In this document: one piece after another, positions 53,100 to 62,498 of the stretch
How positions within the stretch are numbered: the stretch's first letter is position 1
Layout of the letters: each line of letters opens with the position of its first letter
NCBI GenBank assembly: GCA_963663225.1
Contig: OY760142.1
Location: forward strand, 2,784,001-2,848,000
Reading direction: 5' to 3'
DNA length: 64,000 nucleotides
DNA from: Nitrospirota bacterium
Lineage (GTDB): Bacteria > Nitrospirota > UBA9217
The notes under the pieces: generated by a model
Told to the model about the DNA's origin: nothing
The model's input: only the letters and a program-made list of their open reading frames with translations
Database searches by the model: none
Program-made: the position numbers and the translations under genes

Positions 53100-54401
53100 T
53101 CATTTTTGGCTTGCGCCTGCACAGTTCGCTTTGCCCGTTTTTGCCAAAATCAGAGTGAGGACTGCTGACAGTATCAATAGCCCGGCTACGAAGTAGAGAC
53201 CACCGGCAAAACTACCCGTGCTCTGTTTGACCCAGCCAATCACGGTTGGTCCTGCAAAACCGCCTAGGTTTCCGATTGAGTTAATGGCAGCAATGCCTGA
53301 GGCGGCGGCAGGCCCGGACAAGAACATGGTTGGCATGGACCAGAGCGGAGGTTTGCAAGAACTGATGCCGATGTTCACTAAACTTAACGTCATAACGACG
53401 CCAACCACACCGACAGCCCATCCTCCTGCCAACATCAAACCTGCTGAGGCACAAAGACACGCGAGAACGACATGCCACGGACGCTCACCCGTGCGATCGG
53501 AATGCCATGACCAGAGATACATAGCGATCACGGAAAGTGTTGGAGGCACCATGTTCAAGAAACCGACCGTCATGGTAGACACGCCGAGCTGTTTGATGAT
53601 CGAGGGAGCCCAGATTCCGAGTGTGTAGAGTCCTGCTGAAGTTCCGAAATAAACAATGCCAAGCGCCAGTACGCGGGGATCTACCAGAGCTTTCCAAGGA
53701 GAATGACTGGCTGCACCGGCTCTGGCTGCAATCTCAGCATCCATGGTCTGTACCAGCCAGGCCTTTTCATCAGCAGGCAACCACTTGGCTTGTGACGGTC
53801 GATCCGTCATGTAGAAAAAAGTAACTACGCTCATAAGAAGCGCTGGCAACGCTTCCATAATGAACATCCATTGCCATCCTTTCAGCCCCATCGTTCCGTC
53901 CATGAATTGCATGAGACTGGTGGAGATTGGAGATCCGAGAGCAGTAGAGATCGGCGCCGCAGCCATGAATATTGCCGTAACGGCAGCGCGGGAACGGGCC
54001 GGGAACCAGTAGCTCAGGTATAAGATTATTCCGGGGAAGAAACCGGCTTCCGCGACTCCGAGGAGGAACCGCAAGATGTAGAAATCGGTCGGTCCTTGCA
54101 CAAACGCCATAGCACCCGAAATAATCCCCCAGGTAAGCATGATTCTGGCGATCCATTTTCGAGCTCCGACTTTTTCAAGGATCAGGTTTGACGGTACTTC
54201 GCATATAAAGTAACCGAGAAAAAAAATGCCGGCGCCAAAGCCGAATATGGCTGGCGACAGACCGATGTCCTTGTTCATGGTAAGCGCAGCGAAGCCGATG
54301 TTGACGCGGTCAATGAACGCTATGAAGTAAAGAAAACAGACAAAGGGAACAATTCGCCATGTAATCCGGTGCAAGGTGCGTTTTTCTACTGTGTTGGTCA
54401 T
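53100..54401 (-). CDS. MFS anion:cation symporter, TtuB-like tartrate transporter
   Basis: IDRVNIGFAAL, EVPSNLIL, GVAEAGFFPGII, INSIGNLGGF. Confidence 0.88.
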   Translation of the reverse strand: MTNTVEKRTLHRITWRIVPFVCFLYFIAFIDRVNIGFAALTMNKDIGLSPAIFGFGAGIFFLGYFICEVPSNLILEKVGARKWIARIMLTWGIISGAMAFVQGPTDFYILRFLLGVAEAGFFPGIILYLSYWFPARSRAAVTAIFMAAAPISTALGSPISTSLMQFMDGTMGLKGWQWMFIMEALPALLMSVVTFFYMTDRPSQAKWLPADEKAWLVQTMDAEIAARAGAASHSPWKALVDPRVLALGIVYFGTSAGLYTLGIWAPSIIKQLGVSTMTVGFLNMVPPTLSVIAMYLWSWHSDRTGERPWHVVLACLCASAGLMLAGGWAVGVVGVVMTLSLVNIGISSCKPPLWSMPTMFLSGPAAASGIAAINSIGNLGGFAGPTVIGWVKQSTGSFAGGLYFVAGLLILSAVLTLILAKTGKANCAGASQK

Positions 54402-54564
54402 TATAAAACCTCCTTAAATTGTTGTCTGGTATGCGACCCATCCATATATTCTAAATATTCTAATTACAATTGAATTATCTATTTGGGCAAATAAATATCC
54501 GGGCGATAACACGCTTCACAATTAATATTTTCTATCTACAGCACCGTTTTTTTTACTTATATAA

Positions 54565-54580
54565 AGCAAAATAAATGCCA
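54565..54580 (-). promoter_or_regulatory. sigma54 (-24/-12) promoter of the tartrate operon
   Basis: TGGCATTTATTTTGCT: GG-N10-GC, matching TGGCAC-N5-TTGC. Confidence 0.85.
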
Positions 54581-54625
54581 CAAAAAACTATTGATTTATA
54601 AGAAAATTAATTATCAATATATATA

Positions 54626-54669
54626 ATGTTTCAATTAATGTTACATGATTGATTAATTATGTTTCAATT
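54626..54669. promoter_or_regulatory. Candidate upstream activator sites (ATGTTTCAATT x2, 33 bp apart)
   Basis: Exact 11-mer at 54626-54636 and 54659-54669, each followed by a related half-site (TGTTACA, ATTTCA). Resembles the GTTTCA half-site of PrpR boxes. Confidence 0.55.
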
Positions 54670-54765
54670 TATTTCAATAATAAAGAATAAATCGACAGTC
54701 AATCATTGACAGTCGAAAGATACTATGCGATAGTATTACAATCATATATATAATATAGAGGAATT

Positions 54766-56643
54766 ATGTCCAAGATTGCTTTTCTTGCTCCCGATAATGA
54801 AATGTATCAGATGGCAAAAGAACTCCTGACGGATTCCTTCCAGGATATTCGCATTGAAAAGGGACTTCTGAGTGAAGGTGTTCGCGTTGCAAAGTCTCTG
54901 ATAAGAGAAGGCTGTGAGATCATTATTGTCAGAGGCGGTACAGCCGAATACATCAGGCGCGCAGGTCTTAAAGTCAGTCTCGTCGAGATTCCATACGCCG
55001 GTTTTGATCTGCTTCGCGCGGTAACTAACGCAATCCGGTTTGGAACATCAATAGGGGTCGTTGCATTTCCTTCCATGGTCATGGGCATTGAATGTTTAGG
55101 ACCCGCCCTCAACGTCGAACTCATGGTCTTTCCGATACACAACGAATCTGAAGTGGAAAATTGTGTGCTTGAGGCGTTCAAATCTGGGGTCAAGGCCGTA
55201 ATAGGTGGGGTCATTACGGTGCGAGTCGCAAAAAAGCATGGCCTGCCGAACGTCCTTATTAACACCGGCCCCGAAAGCATGCTCCAGGCCGCGCAGCAGG
55301 CTCAACGTATAGCATCTGCCCGACAGGAGGAAAAGACCAAAAACCGTCTTTTCAAGGCCATGCTTGATTACGCGTATGATGGGATAGTGGCAATCGACCA
55401 GACGCAACGTATTACTCTTTTCAACCCGATAGCGGAGCGTATCACAAAAATAAACGGGTCCAATGCCGTAGGCAGGAAGATATCGACAGTCTGGCCTGAA
55501 CTCAGGCTGGAAAAGGTTCTTGCAGAAGGAACAGAAGATCTCGGACACATTCTGAAAGTCCAAGATACCAACATACTGTGCAATAAGATACCAATAATAG
55601 TTGACGACAATACGGTCGGTGCAGTGGTCACGTTCCAGGACGTCACGCATATTCAGCAGATGGAAGCTACCGTTCGCAGAAAAATATTTTCGACCGGACA
55701 TGTGGCCACGTTTTCTTTCTCGGACATTGTCGGAACAAGCGAGGCTTTACAGAAAACGGTTTCAATCGCCAAAAAGTTTGCTCAGACCGATTCATCGATA
55801 GTCATCACGGGTGAGACAGGAACAGGAAAAGAAGTATTTGCTCAAAGCATTCATACCCATAGCAAGCGCAGAAATGGCCCTTTTGTTGCAATAAATTGTG
55901 CGGCTCTGCCGAGCCATATACTCGAAAGTGAGCTGTTCGGATATGTTGCAGGCGCTTTTACCGGCGCTAGTCAAAAAGGAAAAATCGGCCTTTTTGAGCA
56001 GGCTCATGACGGCACGCTCTTTCTTGATGAAATCTCGGAAATGGACTACCTTACGCAAGGAAAGCTTCTCAGGGTTTTGCAGGAAAGAAAAGTGATGAGG
56101 CTGGGTAGCGACCGTGTTCTACCGGTCAATGTACGTGTAATTGCCGCAACAAACCAGAACCTGAAAGAACTAATCCGCGAAAAAAAGTTCCGTGCCGACC
56201 TATACTATCGTCTAACTGTTCTGAGGCTCCGCCTTTATCCGTTACGGGAACGAAAAGAAGATATCAAGGTGCTTGCCCGGCTTTTCCTAAAACAGTTTGC
56301 CCAGGGGAGTAAAAATACTTTGCGGCTTTCCTCATCAGCTCTTGCCGTATTGACGGAATATACGTGGCCGGGGAATATCCGGGAACTTAAAAACGTTATC
56401 GAGTGCATCGCCGCTGTGCGGAAGGACGATATCGTCGACGGTTCTATTGTTCGCCAGATTATAGAAGAAGAGCAGCACGAAGAAATGAAAAGTCTATTGA
56501 TTGAGCACGAAACCGACGAAATTAAAAACGCTCTCTTAACGACAAAAGGCAACCATTCTGAAGCTGCAAAGCTCCTCGGAATCAGCCGGGTAACCCTGTG
56601 GCGCAAACTGCGGCGCCGGATGCTTCATGGTTTGCAACCCTGA
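54766..56643 (+). CDS. PrpR-type sigma54-dependent activator (PrpR_N-PAS-AAA+-HTH)
   Basis: PrpR N-terminal domain, PAS, GETGTGKE, ESELFGYVAGAFTGA, WPGNIREL, Fis-type HTH (LGISRVTLWRKL). Confidence 0.93.
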   Translation: MSKIAFLAPDNEMYQMAKELLTDSFQDIRIEKGLLSEGVRVAKSLIREGCEIIIVRGGTAEYIRRAGLKVSLVEIPYAGFDLLRAVTNAIRFGTSIGVVAFPSMVMGIECLGPALNVELMVFPIHNESEVENCVLEAFKSGVKAVIGGVITVRVAKKHGLPNVLINTGPESMLQAAQQAQRIASARQEEKTKNRLFKAMLDYAYDGIVAIDQTQRITLFNPIAERITKINGSNAVGRKISTVWPELRLEKVLAEGTEDLGHILKVQDTNILCNKIPIIVDDNTVGAVVTFQDVTHIQQMEATVRRKIFSTGHVATFSFSDIVGTSEALQKTVSIAKKFAQTDSSIVITGETGTGKEVFAQSIHTHSKRRNGPFVAINCAALPSHILESELFGYVAGAFTGASQKGKIGLFEQAHDGTLFLDEISEMDYLTQGKLLRVLQERKVMRLGSDRVLPVNVRVIAATNQNLKELIREKKFRADLYYRLTVLRLRLYPLRERKEDIKVLARLFLKQFAQGSKNTLRLSSSALAVLTEYTWPGNIRELKNVIECIAAVRKDDIVDGSIVRQIIEEEQHEEMKSLLIEHETDEIKNALLTTKGNHSEAAKLLGISRVTLWRKLRRRMLHGLQP

Positions 56644-56676
56644 GTTTAATTTTAGAAACTGAGCTGCACGTTTACG

Positions 56677-57024
56677 TTATTCGAATAACACCAATGCTAT
56701 GAATTCAAGATCGGTCTCTCCCGTATTTTCAATCGCGTGGCTCTGTCCGACATTGATATATCCGAGATCACCGGACTTTATCGGCTTTTTTACTCCTTCT
56801 TCATCAAAAATTCCTTCGCCTTTTATGACATAGTATGCTTCCATTTCACCTTTATGCGTATGCATTCCGATTGAGCTGCCGGGTTTTAAGATATTCAGAG
56901 CAAAAAGCCTTCCTTTGTTCAGGAACTCCTCACGCTCCATGATATGAACGAGTTTGACGTCTCCTTTTCCTCCCAACCAGTCATTTTTTGCATCAACACG
57001 CATTTCATTCGCTTTGCGAAGCAT
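56677..57024 (-). CDS. Cupin domain protein
   Basis: PGSSIGMHTH..EMEAYYVIKGEG...GQSHAIEN metal-binding cupin motifs. Confidence 0.9.
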   Translation of the reverse strand: MLRKANEMRVDAKNDWLGGKGDVKLVHIMEREEFLNKGRLFALNILKPGSSIGMHTHKGEMEAYYVIKGEGIFDEEGVKKPIKSGDLGYINVGQSHAIENTGETDLEFIALVLFE

Positions 57025-57068
57025 CCCTGAACCTCCTGTGTTTTGCCTGAACTTCAGTCAAATGTTAG

Positions 57069-58214
57069 CTATTTCCCTTCATACATGCGAATCACAAGTT
57101 TTCGCAGATCCTCGTCAGGAATCATTGCATAATTAGGATTTCTGCTGGGCGGACTCTTGCGCGAATTCAATATTACATCATCAAAATTTTTATAAAAATC
57201 TTCCGATGGCACACCGGCGTCTTTAAAGCAACCAGGAATCCTGAGTTCGCGCTGCAGTTTCCGTATCGCTTCAAGGAAATCATCTTTGCCAATCCGCTTC
57301 CCAAGATATTCAAGTTTTGCGGCAACCTCCGGATCTTTTGCATAGTATTCCATGACATACGGGAGGCCAATCCCAACTGCCAATCCGTGACCGATGTCAT
57401 ACCGACCGCAAACCGAGTGGCAGATGCCGTGATTCATCCCAAGACCGGTGTTGCTGAATGCAATTCCTGTCATACATTGAAAATTGTGCACTCTTTCCCG
57501 TGCACCTGGGTCTCCTGTCTTGTATGAAATAGGCAAATATTTGAACAATCCTTCCGCCGCACCGGCAGCCAAAACTTCCATAAAATCGTTATTGTTTTTT
57601 GCAATATAACTCTCGACCGCGTGTCCGACGGCATCCATGCCTGACTCTGCAACCACCTTCTGCGGCATGGACAGCGTAATTTCACCGTCCAAGATGGCGT
57701 AATCCGGCACAAATGCCTGGGTCCTGCCCGTTACTTTCATGTTTTCCTGCTTTACCGCCACGACCGACACCCAACTGACCTCCGACGCGGTGCCTGATGT
57801 GCTCGGTATGGCGATCAGTTTAATTGACTTTCTGGACTGAGGCAGCGACGCCTGCTCGAACGAGGTCACCAGATCCAGTTCAGGATATTCATAAAACAAA
57901 CTCATTGCTTTGGCGGCATCGATGGCAGAACCGCCTCCCAGAGCAATAACGGAATCCGGGCGGAATTCCCGCATCGCGGCAATTCCCGCATTTACGCATT
58001 CAAGCGGAGCATTCACCGTAACTCCGGAAAAGACCTGGTTTTCACAACCAGATTCCTTCAAGATCGCCTGCGCTTTCGCTAAGGTTCCGTTTTTTTGCAT
58101 AGAGCTGCCGCCGGTTACGATAAAGGCTCTCTTCAGGCCCAACGTCTTCAGGAAGCTTATCGATCCCATGCCGACCACGATCTTGTCACCGTGAAATCTC
58201 ATTGCTTTTATCAT
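57069..58214 (-). CDS. Iron-containing alcohol dehydrogenase
   Basis: GGGSAIDAAK, IPSTSGTASEV, GMDAVGHAVES, GMNHGICH...HG. Start uncertain (58214 or 58232). Confidence 0.92.
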   Translation of the reverse strand: MIKAMRFHGDKIVVGMGSISFLKTLGLKRAFIVTGGSSMQKNGTLAKAQAILKESGCENQVFSGVTVNAPLECVNAGIAAMREFRPDSVIALGGGSAIDAAKAMSLFYEYPELDLVTSFEQASLPQSRKSIKLIAIPSTSGTASEVSWVSVVAVKQENMKVTGRTQAFVPDYAILDGEITLSMPQKVVAESGMDAVGHAVESYIAKNNNDFMEVLAAGAAEGLFKYLPISYKTGDPGARERVHNFQCMTGIAFSNTGLGMNHGICHSVCGRYDIGHGLAVGIGLPYVMEYYAKDPEVAAKLEYLGKRIGKDDFLEAIRKLQRELRIPGCFKDAGVPSEDFYKNFDDVILNSRKSPPSRNPNYAMIPDEDLRKLVIRMYEGK

Positions 58215-58313
58215 AATTGCCTCATCCTTCAATATGATGTTTTAAGCTGCTCTTGCGCGCCACCTGACCGTGCTGCTGCATGCCGTGTCAGCACTGGCCA
58301 CGATAAATCAATA

Positions 58314-58355
58314 AACTTGGCTGCACAGACACCGGAGCGCCTGCACAGCCAAGTT
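58314..58355. other. Intergenic stem-loop between MFS and Fe-ADH genes
   Basis: AACTTGGCTG...CAGCCAAGTT 10-bp inverted repeat. Confidence 0.45.
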
Positions 58356-58409
58356 CTTAATGCGTAAAATTAAAAACGCTCCATCAATTTTTAACCATAA
58401 TGAAGCGCA

Positions 58410-59663
58410 TTATTTGCCGGTAATTGCGACTGCGTTTGTTTTAATAAATTTTGCCGTTTCTGGCAAGCAATATACTGCCACTACTGCCAGCAGATAATAT
58501 CCCGCATTCAGAGCCAGTCCTGCAGATAATCCCATGTTCTCAGCCAGCAACCCAAGCAAATAAGGAGCCAGTAGAGCCATCACGCGGGCAACACCGCTAT
58601 AGGCCAGACTGGTTCCGGACGCTCTTGCCTCCGCCGGAAACAATTCAGAAAGGTAGGCGGCAAAAATCCCAAAGCACCCCGTACTCGTAAAACCGAAGAC
58701 CGGTCCAAAAAACAAGAGCATGGTAGGATCTTTAATGGACACATAAATGATTGTGGCAAAAAAAGCGGATCCCATCCCGGCTATGCAGGCCGTACGTCTT
58801 CCTTTTATATCAGCAAGCCACCCGAAAAACAGTATGCCGGCCACCGCTCCTGCATTCAAGAGCACCAAATACCCGCCCGACTTCACGACACTGAGTCCCC
58901 TCTCAGTGGCCAAAAAAGTGGGTATCCAGGCGACAGCGCCCCAATAGGCCATAAGCGCGAAACCCATAAAGAGGCAGGCGAATATCGTCGTGCGCAGATA
59001 TTTGGGTGTAAAAAGAATGGCCATGGAAAATTGCGGCTTATCCCCTGTGTTCGCTTTCCGCCGTCTGGCATCGCGTACGTTCACCCATTCTGCCGGTTCC
59101 GGGAGAGCCCAACGAACCCAAAGAGCGAACAATGCCGGCAAGGCGCCTACAAAGAATAAGGCCCTCCAGCCAAGCGTTGGTACTACGAATATGCTAAGTA
59201 AGGCGGCGAAACCATAACCAATAGGCCATCCGGTATGCACCATGCTCGTTGCTTTTGCCCTTCTTTCTGCCGGCCAGTATTCAGATACCAATGCAGCTCC
59301 AATGCCCCATTCCGCTCCAAGTCCGAGACCGGTAATGGTCCTGAAGGTCAATAGTTGTTCATATGACTGGGCAAGTCCGCAGAGGCCGGTGAATATTGCA
59401 TAAAAAATAATAGTAACCATGAGCACCCGTACACGGCCATAATAGTCCGCCAATACACCACCCACAAAACCGCCGACGGCGGCACCGGCTATAGTAGCGG
59501 TAAACAATAAACCTGCCTGACTCATGGAAAGATTGAATGCTACCTTAATAAGGGGCATGAGTATGGCCAGCGCCATCCAGTCCGCCGCATCCAACATCCA
59601 TCCGCCGAAAGCTGCAACAAGACTTTTCCATCGTAATTTTTTCTGAACAGCAGGATCTTCCAT
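58410..59663 (-). CDS. MFS transporter (sialate/aromatic-acid:H+ symporter-like)
   Basis: GWMLDAAD, LADYYGRVR, GLGLGAEWG, SELFPAEARASG. Confidence 0.9.
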   Translation of the reverse strand: MEDPAVQKKLRWKSLVAAFGGWMLDAADWMALAILMPLIKVAFNLSMSQAGLLFTATIAGAAVGGFVGGVLADYYGRVRVLMVTIIFYAIFTGLCGLAQSYEQLLTFRTITGLGLGAEWGIGAALVSEYWPAERRAKATSMVHTGWPIGYGFAALLSIFVVPTLGWRALFFVGALPALFALWVRWALPEPAEWVNVRDARRRKANTGDKPQFSMAILFTPKYLRTTIFACLFMGFALMAYWGAVAWIPTFLATERGLSVVKSGGYLVLLNAGAVAGILFFGWLADIKGRRTACIAGMGSAFFATIIYVSIKDPTMLLFFGPVFGFTSTGCFGIFAAYLSELFPAEARASGTSLAYSGVARVMALLAPYLLGLLAENMGLSAGLALNAGYYLLAVVAVYCLPETAKFIKTNAVAITGK

Positions 59664-59695
59664 CAGACAGCCTCCCTTCCCTCTTCCGCATTGGT

Positions 59696-61219
59696 TTAAT
59701 ATGTTACGTGATTGTAGAGTTTTGCATAAGACGTCGCAAGATTCTTTACTACATCTTGGTAAACCTCAAAATTTTTGCTGTATTTCGCATGATTGTCCCA
59801 GTTCGGCTGCAACTTATTTTCGATTTTGACGCACGTTTTAACAGCTTCAATTTCCGAACTAAACACCTCCTTTCCAACTCCTGCAAGAAGCGCTCCTCCG
59901 AAAGAAGAATCGTCGTTTTCGGGCCGTAATACCGGAACCCCTATTACGTCGCTCACAATCTGGCACCACAAATTGCTTTTCGCTCCTCCTCCGATTAATC
60001 TGACGTCCTTGATGTCCGGCATAATATCGTGCGTAATCTGGTAGCAATCTTTGAGACTATATGCAACTCCTTCCAGCACTGACCTGGCAAAATGTTTCCT
60101 CTCGTGAACCATGCCCATGCCGATGAAACTCGCTCGGAGCTTCGAATTATAATACGGGCAGCGTTCGCCGAGCAAATACGGATGATACATGAGTCCGAGA
60201 GCTCCAACCGGAACCTGGTCAGCAAGTTCGTCCATGAACTGGTAGATATTCCTATCATTCTTTTCGCAATTATTTTTTTCTTCTGAGAAAAAGTTATCGC
60301 GCAGCCAGCGGTAAGATGAGGCACACGTGTTGGTAGCCAAAGCGGTATACCATACATTTTCCACGACATGAGGGTACGTAAAAGATTTTGGATGAGGTTT
60401 AGGATATTTCGTAACCAGATTTATGTTTCCTGCCGTAGCAAGCTTGATGATCATTTGTCCGGGTTCTACTGCCCCGGCGCCGAAATCTTCAGCGGCAGTA
60501 TCTGAGCAGCCTGCGACAACCGGCAATCCTTCAGGGAGGCCCGTTAGTTCCGCAGTTTGCCGGGTTACCTTTCCGACTACATCTCTTGATTTGAAAACCG
60601 GCGGCAATACTTCCACCGGGAGATCAATCATGGCACAAAGGTCTTTTGACCAACTGCGGAGGCGGGCATCATAGAGCAAGCTGCCTTGAGCATTAACATG
60701 ATCTGTGCTCCAGTCACCAGTGAGAAATCCGCGGACATAATCTTTAACAAAAGATATTTTCGCTATTCTAGAGAATGCTTTGGGTTCATTTTCTTTTATC
60801 CATAAGAGCTGCGGCAGCGTCCAGGTTGGTGAAGGATACTGCATCCCTATGGAAAATATTTGTTCCCCGAAGTGCTTATTCAGCCAGTCAACTTGTTTGA
60901 TGCTTCGCTGATCTGTCCACATGATGCATGGCCGGATTATCCGGTCGTCCCTATCGATCAAAACCGCATTGTGGGTAGAGGCCGTTACTGCCAAACTTGC
61001 CAATCTTCGCCCTTTATTTTGACACTGATCCAAACATCTTTTGACTGTTTCGATCAGAACTTTTATCCAATCAGCCGGATTCTGTTCACTCCATCCCGGA
61101 TGAGGATAATGGGTGACGTATTCTGTGTACGCCTTTCCCAATACTGTTCCCATGGCATCAATAACGGTTACTTTACATCCTCCGGTGCCAAAATCTATGC
61201 CCATCAGTTCAGGCAGCAC
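59696..61219 (-). CDS. FGGY-family carbohydrate kinase (xylulokinase-like)
   Basis: GIDFGTGGCK, WSEQNP, WTDQRS, YLLGERCP, GGGAKSNLW. Confidence 0.9.
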   Translation of the reverse strand: MLPELMGIDFGTGGCKVTVIDAMGTVLGKAYTEYVTHYPHPGWSEQNPADWIKVLIETVKRCLDQCQNKGRRLASLAVTASTHNAVLIDRDDRIIRPCIMWTDQRSIKQVDWLNKHFGEQIFSIGMQYPSPTWTLPQLLWIKENEPKAFSRIAKISFVKDYVRGFLTGDWSTDHVNAQGSLLYDARLRSWSKDLCAMIDLPVEVLPPVFKSRDVVGKVTRQTAELTGLPEGLPVVAGCSDTAAEDFGAGAVEPGQMIIKLATAGNINLVTKYPKPHPKSFTYPHVVENVWYTALATNTCASSYRWLRDNFFSEEKNNCEKNDRNIYQFMDELADQVPVGALGLMYHPYLLGERCPYYNSKLRASFIGMGMVHERKHFARSVLEGVAYSLKDCYQITHDIMPDIKDVRLIGGGAKSNLWCQIVSDVIGVPVLRPENDDSSFGGALLAGVGKEVFSSEIEAVKTCVKIENKLQPNWDNHAKYSKNFEVYQDVVKNLATSYAKLYNHVTY

Positions 61220-61346
61220 TTTTCCCTCCCCCTCATCCCTGTCTGGACAAACGGATAAAACTCAGATCAAAGGTCAAACCGGCCACATGTATATTTTTTT
61301 CGAGAAGGACATTGCAATGGTAAATCATCTCTTACGCCGATGTTCT

Positions 61347-62489
61347 TCACAACAGAGACGCGAGCAATTCCGCAATATGCAGTACTTCTATATTCTTGTC
61401 TTTTGCCGCTCTGCCCAACTGATCCTTGCATGTCGAACAGGTCGTAACAAGCGTGTCAAACTCGAGCACGTTTTGGCGAATATGGTCAATCTGATACGAT
61501 GCAACCGCATCTGCAGCAGCGGCATCCACGAAACGCGTGCCGCCGCAGCCACCGCAGCACAGCGATTCCGGGACTCTGAGCGTTTTGTCGACTAAATTTT
61601 CCGCATTGAACATATCTATTGCCATGCCGGGAATGTGTCGTAATAAATTCGTCGTAGGATCAAAGCGTCCGAGGCTCCTCGCCATTCGGCAGGGGCTCTG
61701 TACGCGAATTTTCATTTCCCGCTGGTTTTTGACCATTATCTTTTTATTTTCCTTGATGAGGTCGGCAAAATAATCGGCGAAATTGACTATTTCAACAGTG
61801 CCGGTTTTTCCCATCTCCCGAAATGAGGCATTCATCCAATACGCACACGTCGGGCAGATGGTGACCACTTTTTTTGCGCCCGTATCAAGGATTATGTGCA
61901 TTAACTTTTCTGCGTGAGCAGAAAACTCCTTGCTGAAACCAAGCTCTTTGAGCGGCGCGGCGCAGCAATCCGTTCCGGCTAACGTGGTATAATTGACATC
62001 TGCCATATTCAGGATCTTAAGCGCGGATTCTAATATATTGTGTTCCTTGTACAAGGCAGTACATCCCGGAAAGAACGCGACTGAAGCTGTTTTTGTTACG
62101 CGCCCTCCGTTAAAACGTTCAGATTGGATCTTATCGCCGAAAGGATTTCCATGTTTCAGAAAGTTGTTCTTTACTACCGCCGCTTCCTCGCAAACTCCTC
62201 CCGCTGCTACAAACTTTTCCCGAGCAGCCAGAATAACTTCGGGGAGATTCTGCTGTGTAATGCATGATTCGTAGCAGGCGCCGCAGAGCGTACAGTTGGC
62301 GATCAGGTTTTTATGTGATTCATTGCCGGCCGCCACGAGGCCCTGCTCGTTTGCATAAATATTTAAAGCCAATCCGCGCGGCGCTCCCGATTCTTTCGCC
62401 GTTGCATTCCCAACGGGGCATACATGACGGCACATCACGCAAAAACGGCAGTTATTCAGTGTCTCTTTGTATAATGCTTGATCCATCAC
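61347..62489 (-). CDS. Fe-S oxidoreductase with two 4Fe-4S motifs and CCG domains (GlpC/GlcF-like)
   Basis: CRFCVMCRHVCP, CTLCGACYESC, FFPGC...CCAAP...CPTC, SPC...LCCGG...CSTC. Confidence 0.9.
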   Translation of the reverse strand: MMDQALYKETLNNCRFCVMCRHVCPVGNATAKESGAPRGLALNIYANEQGLVAAGNESHKNLIANCTLCGACYESCITQQNLPEVILAAREKFVAAGGVCEEAAVVKNNFLKHGNPFGDKIQSERFNGGRVTKTASVAFFPGCTALYKEHNILESALKILNMADVNYTTLAGTDCCAAPLKELGFSKEFSAHAEKLMHIILDTGAKKVVTICPTCAYWMNASFREMGKTGTVEIVNFADYFADLIKENKKIMVKNQREMKIRVQSPCRMARSLGRFDPTTNLLRHIPGMAIDMFNAENLVDKTLRVPESLCCGGCGGTRFVDAAAADAVASYQIDHIRQNVLEFDTLVTTCSTCKDQLGRAAKDKNIEVLHIAELLASLL

Positions 62490-62498
62490 CTTGCTCCT

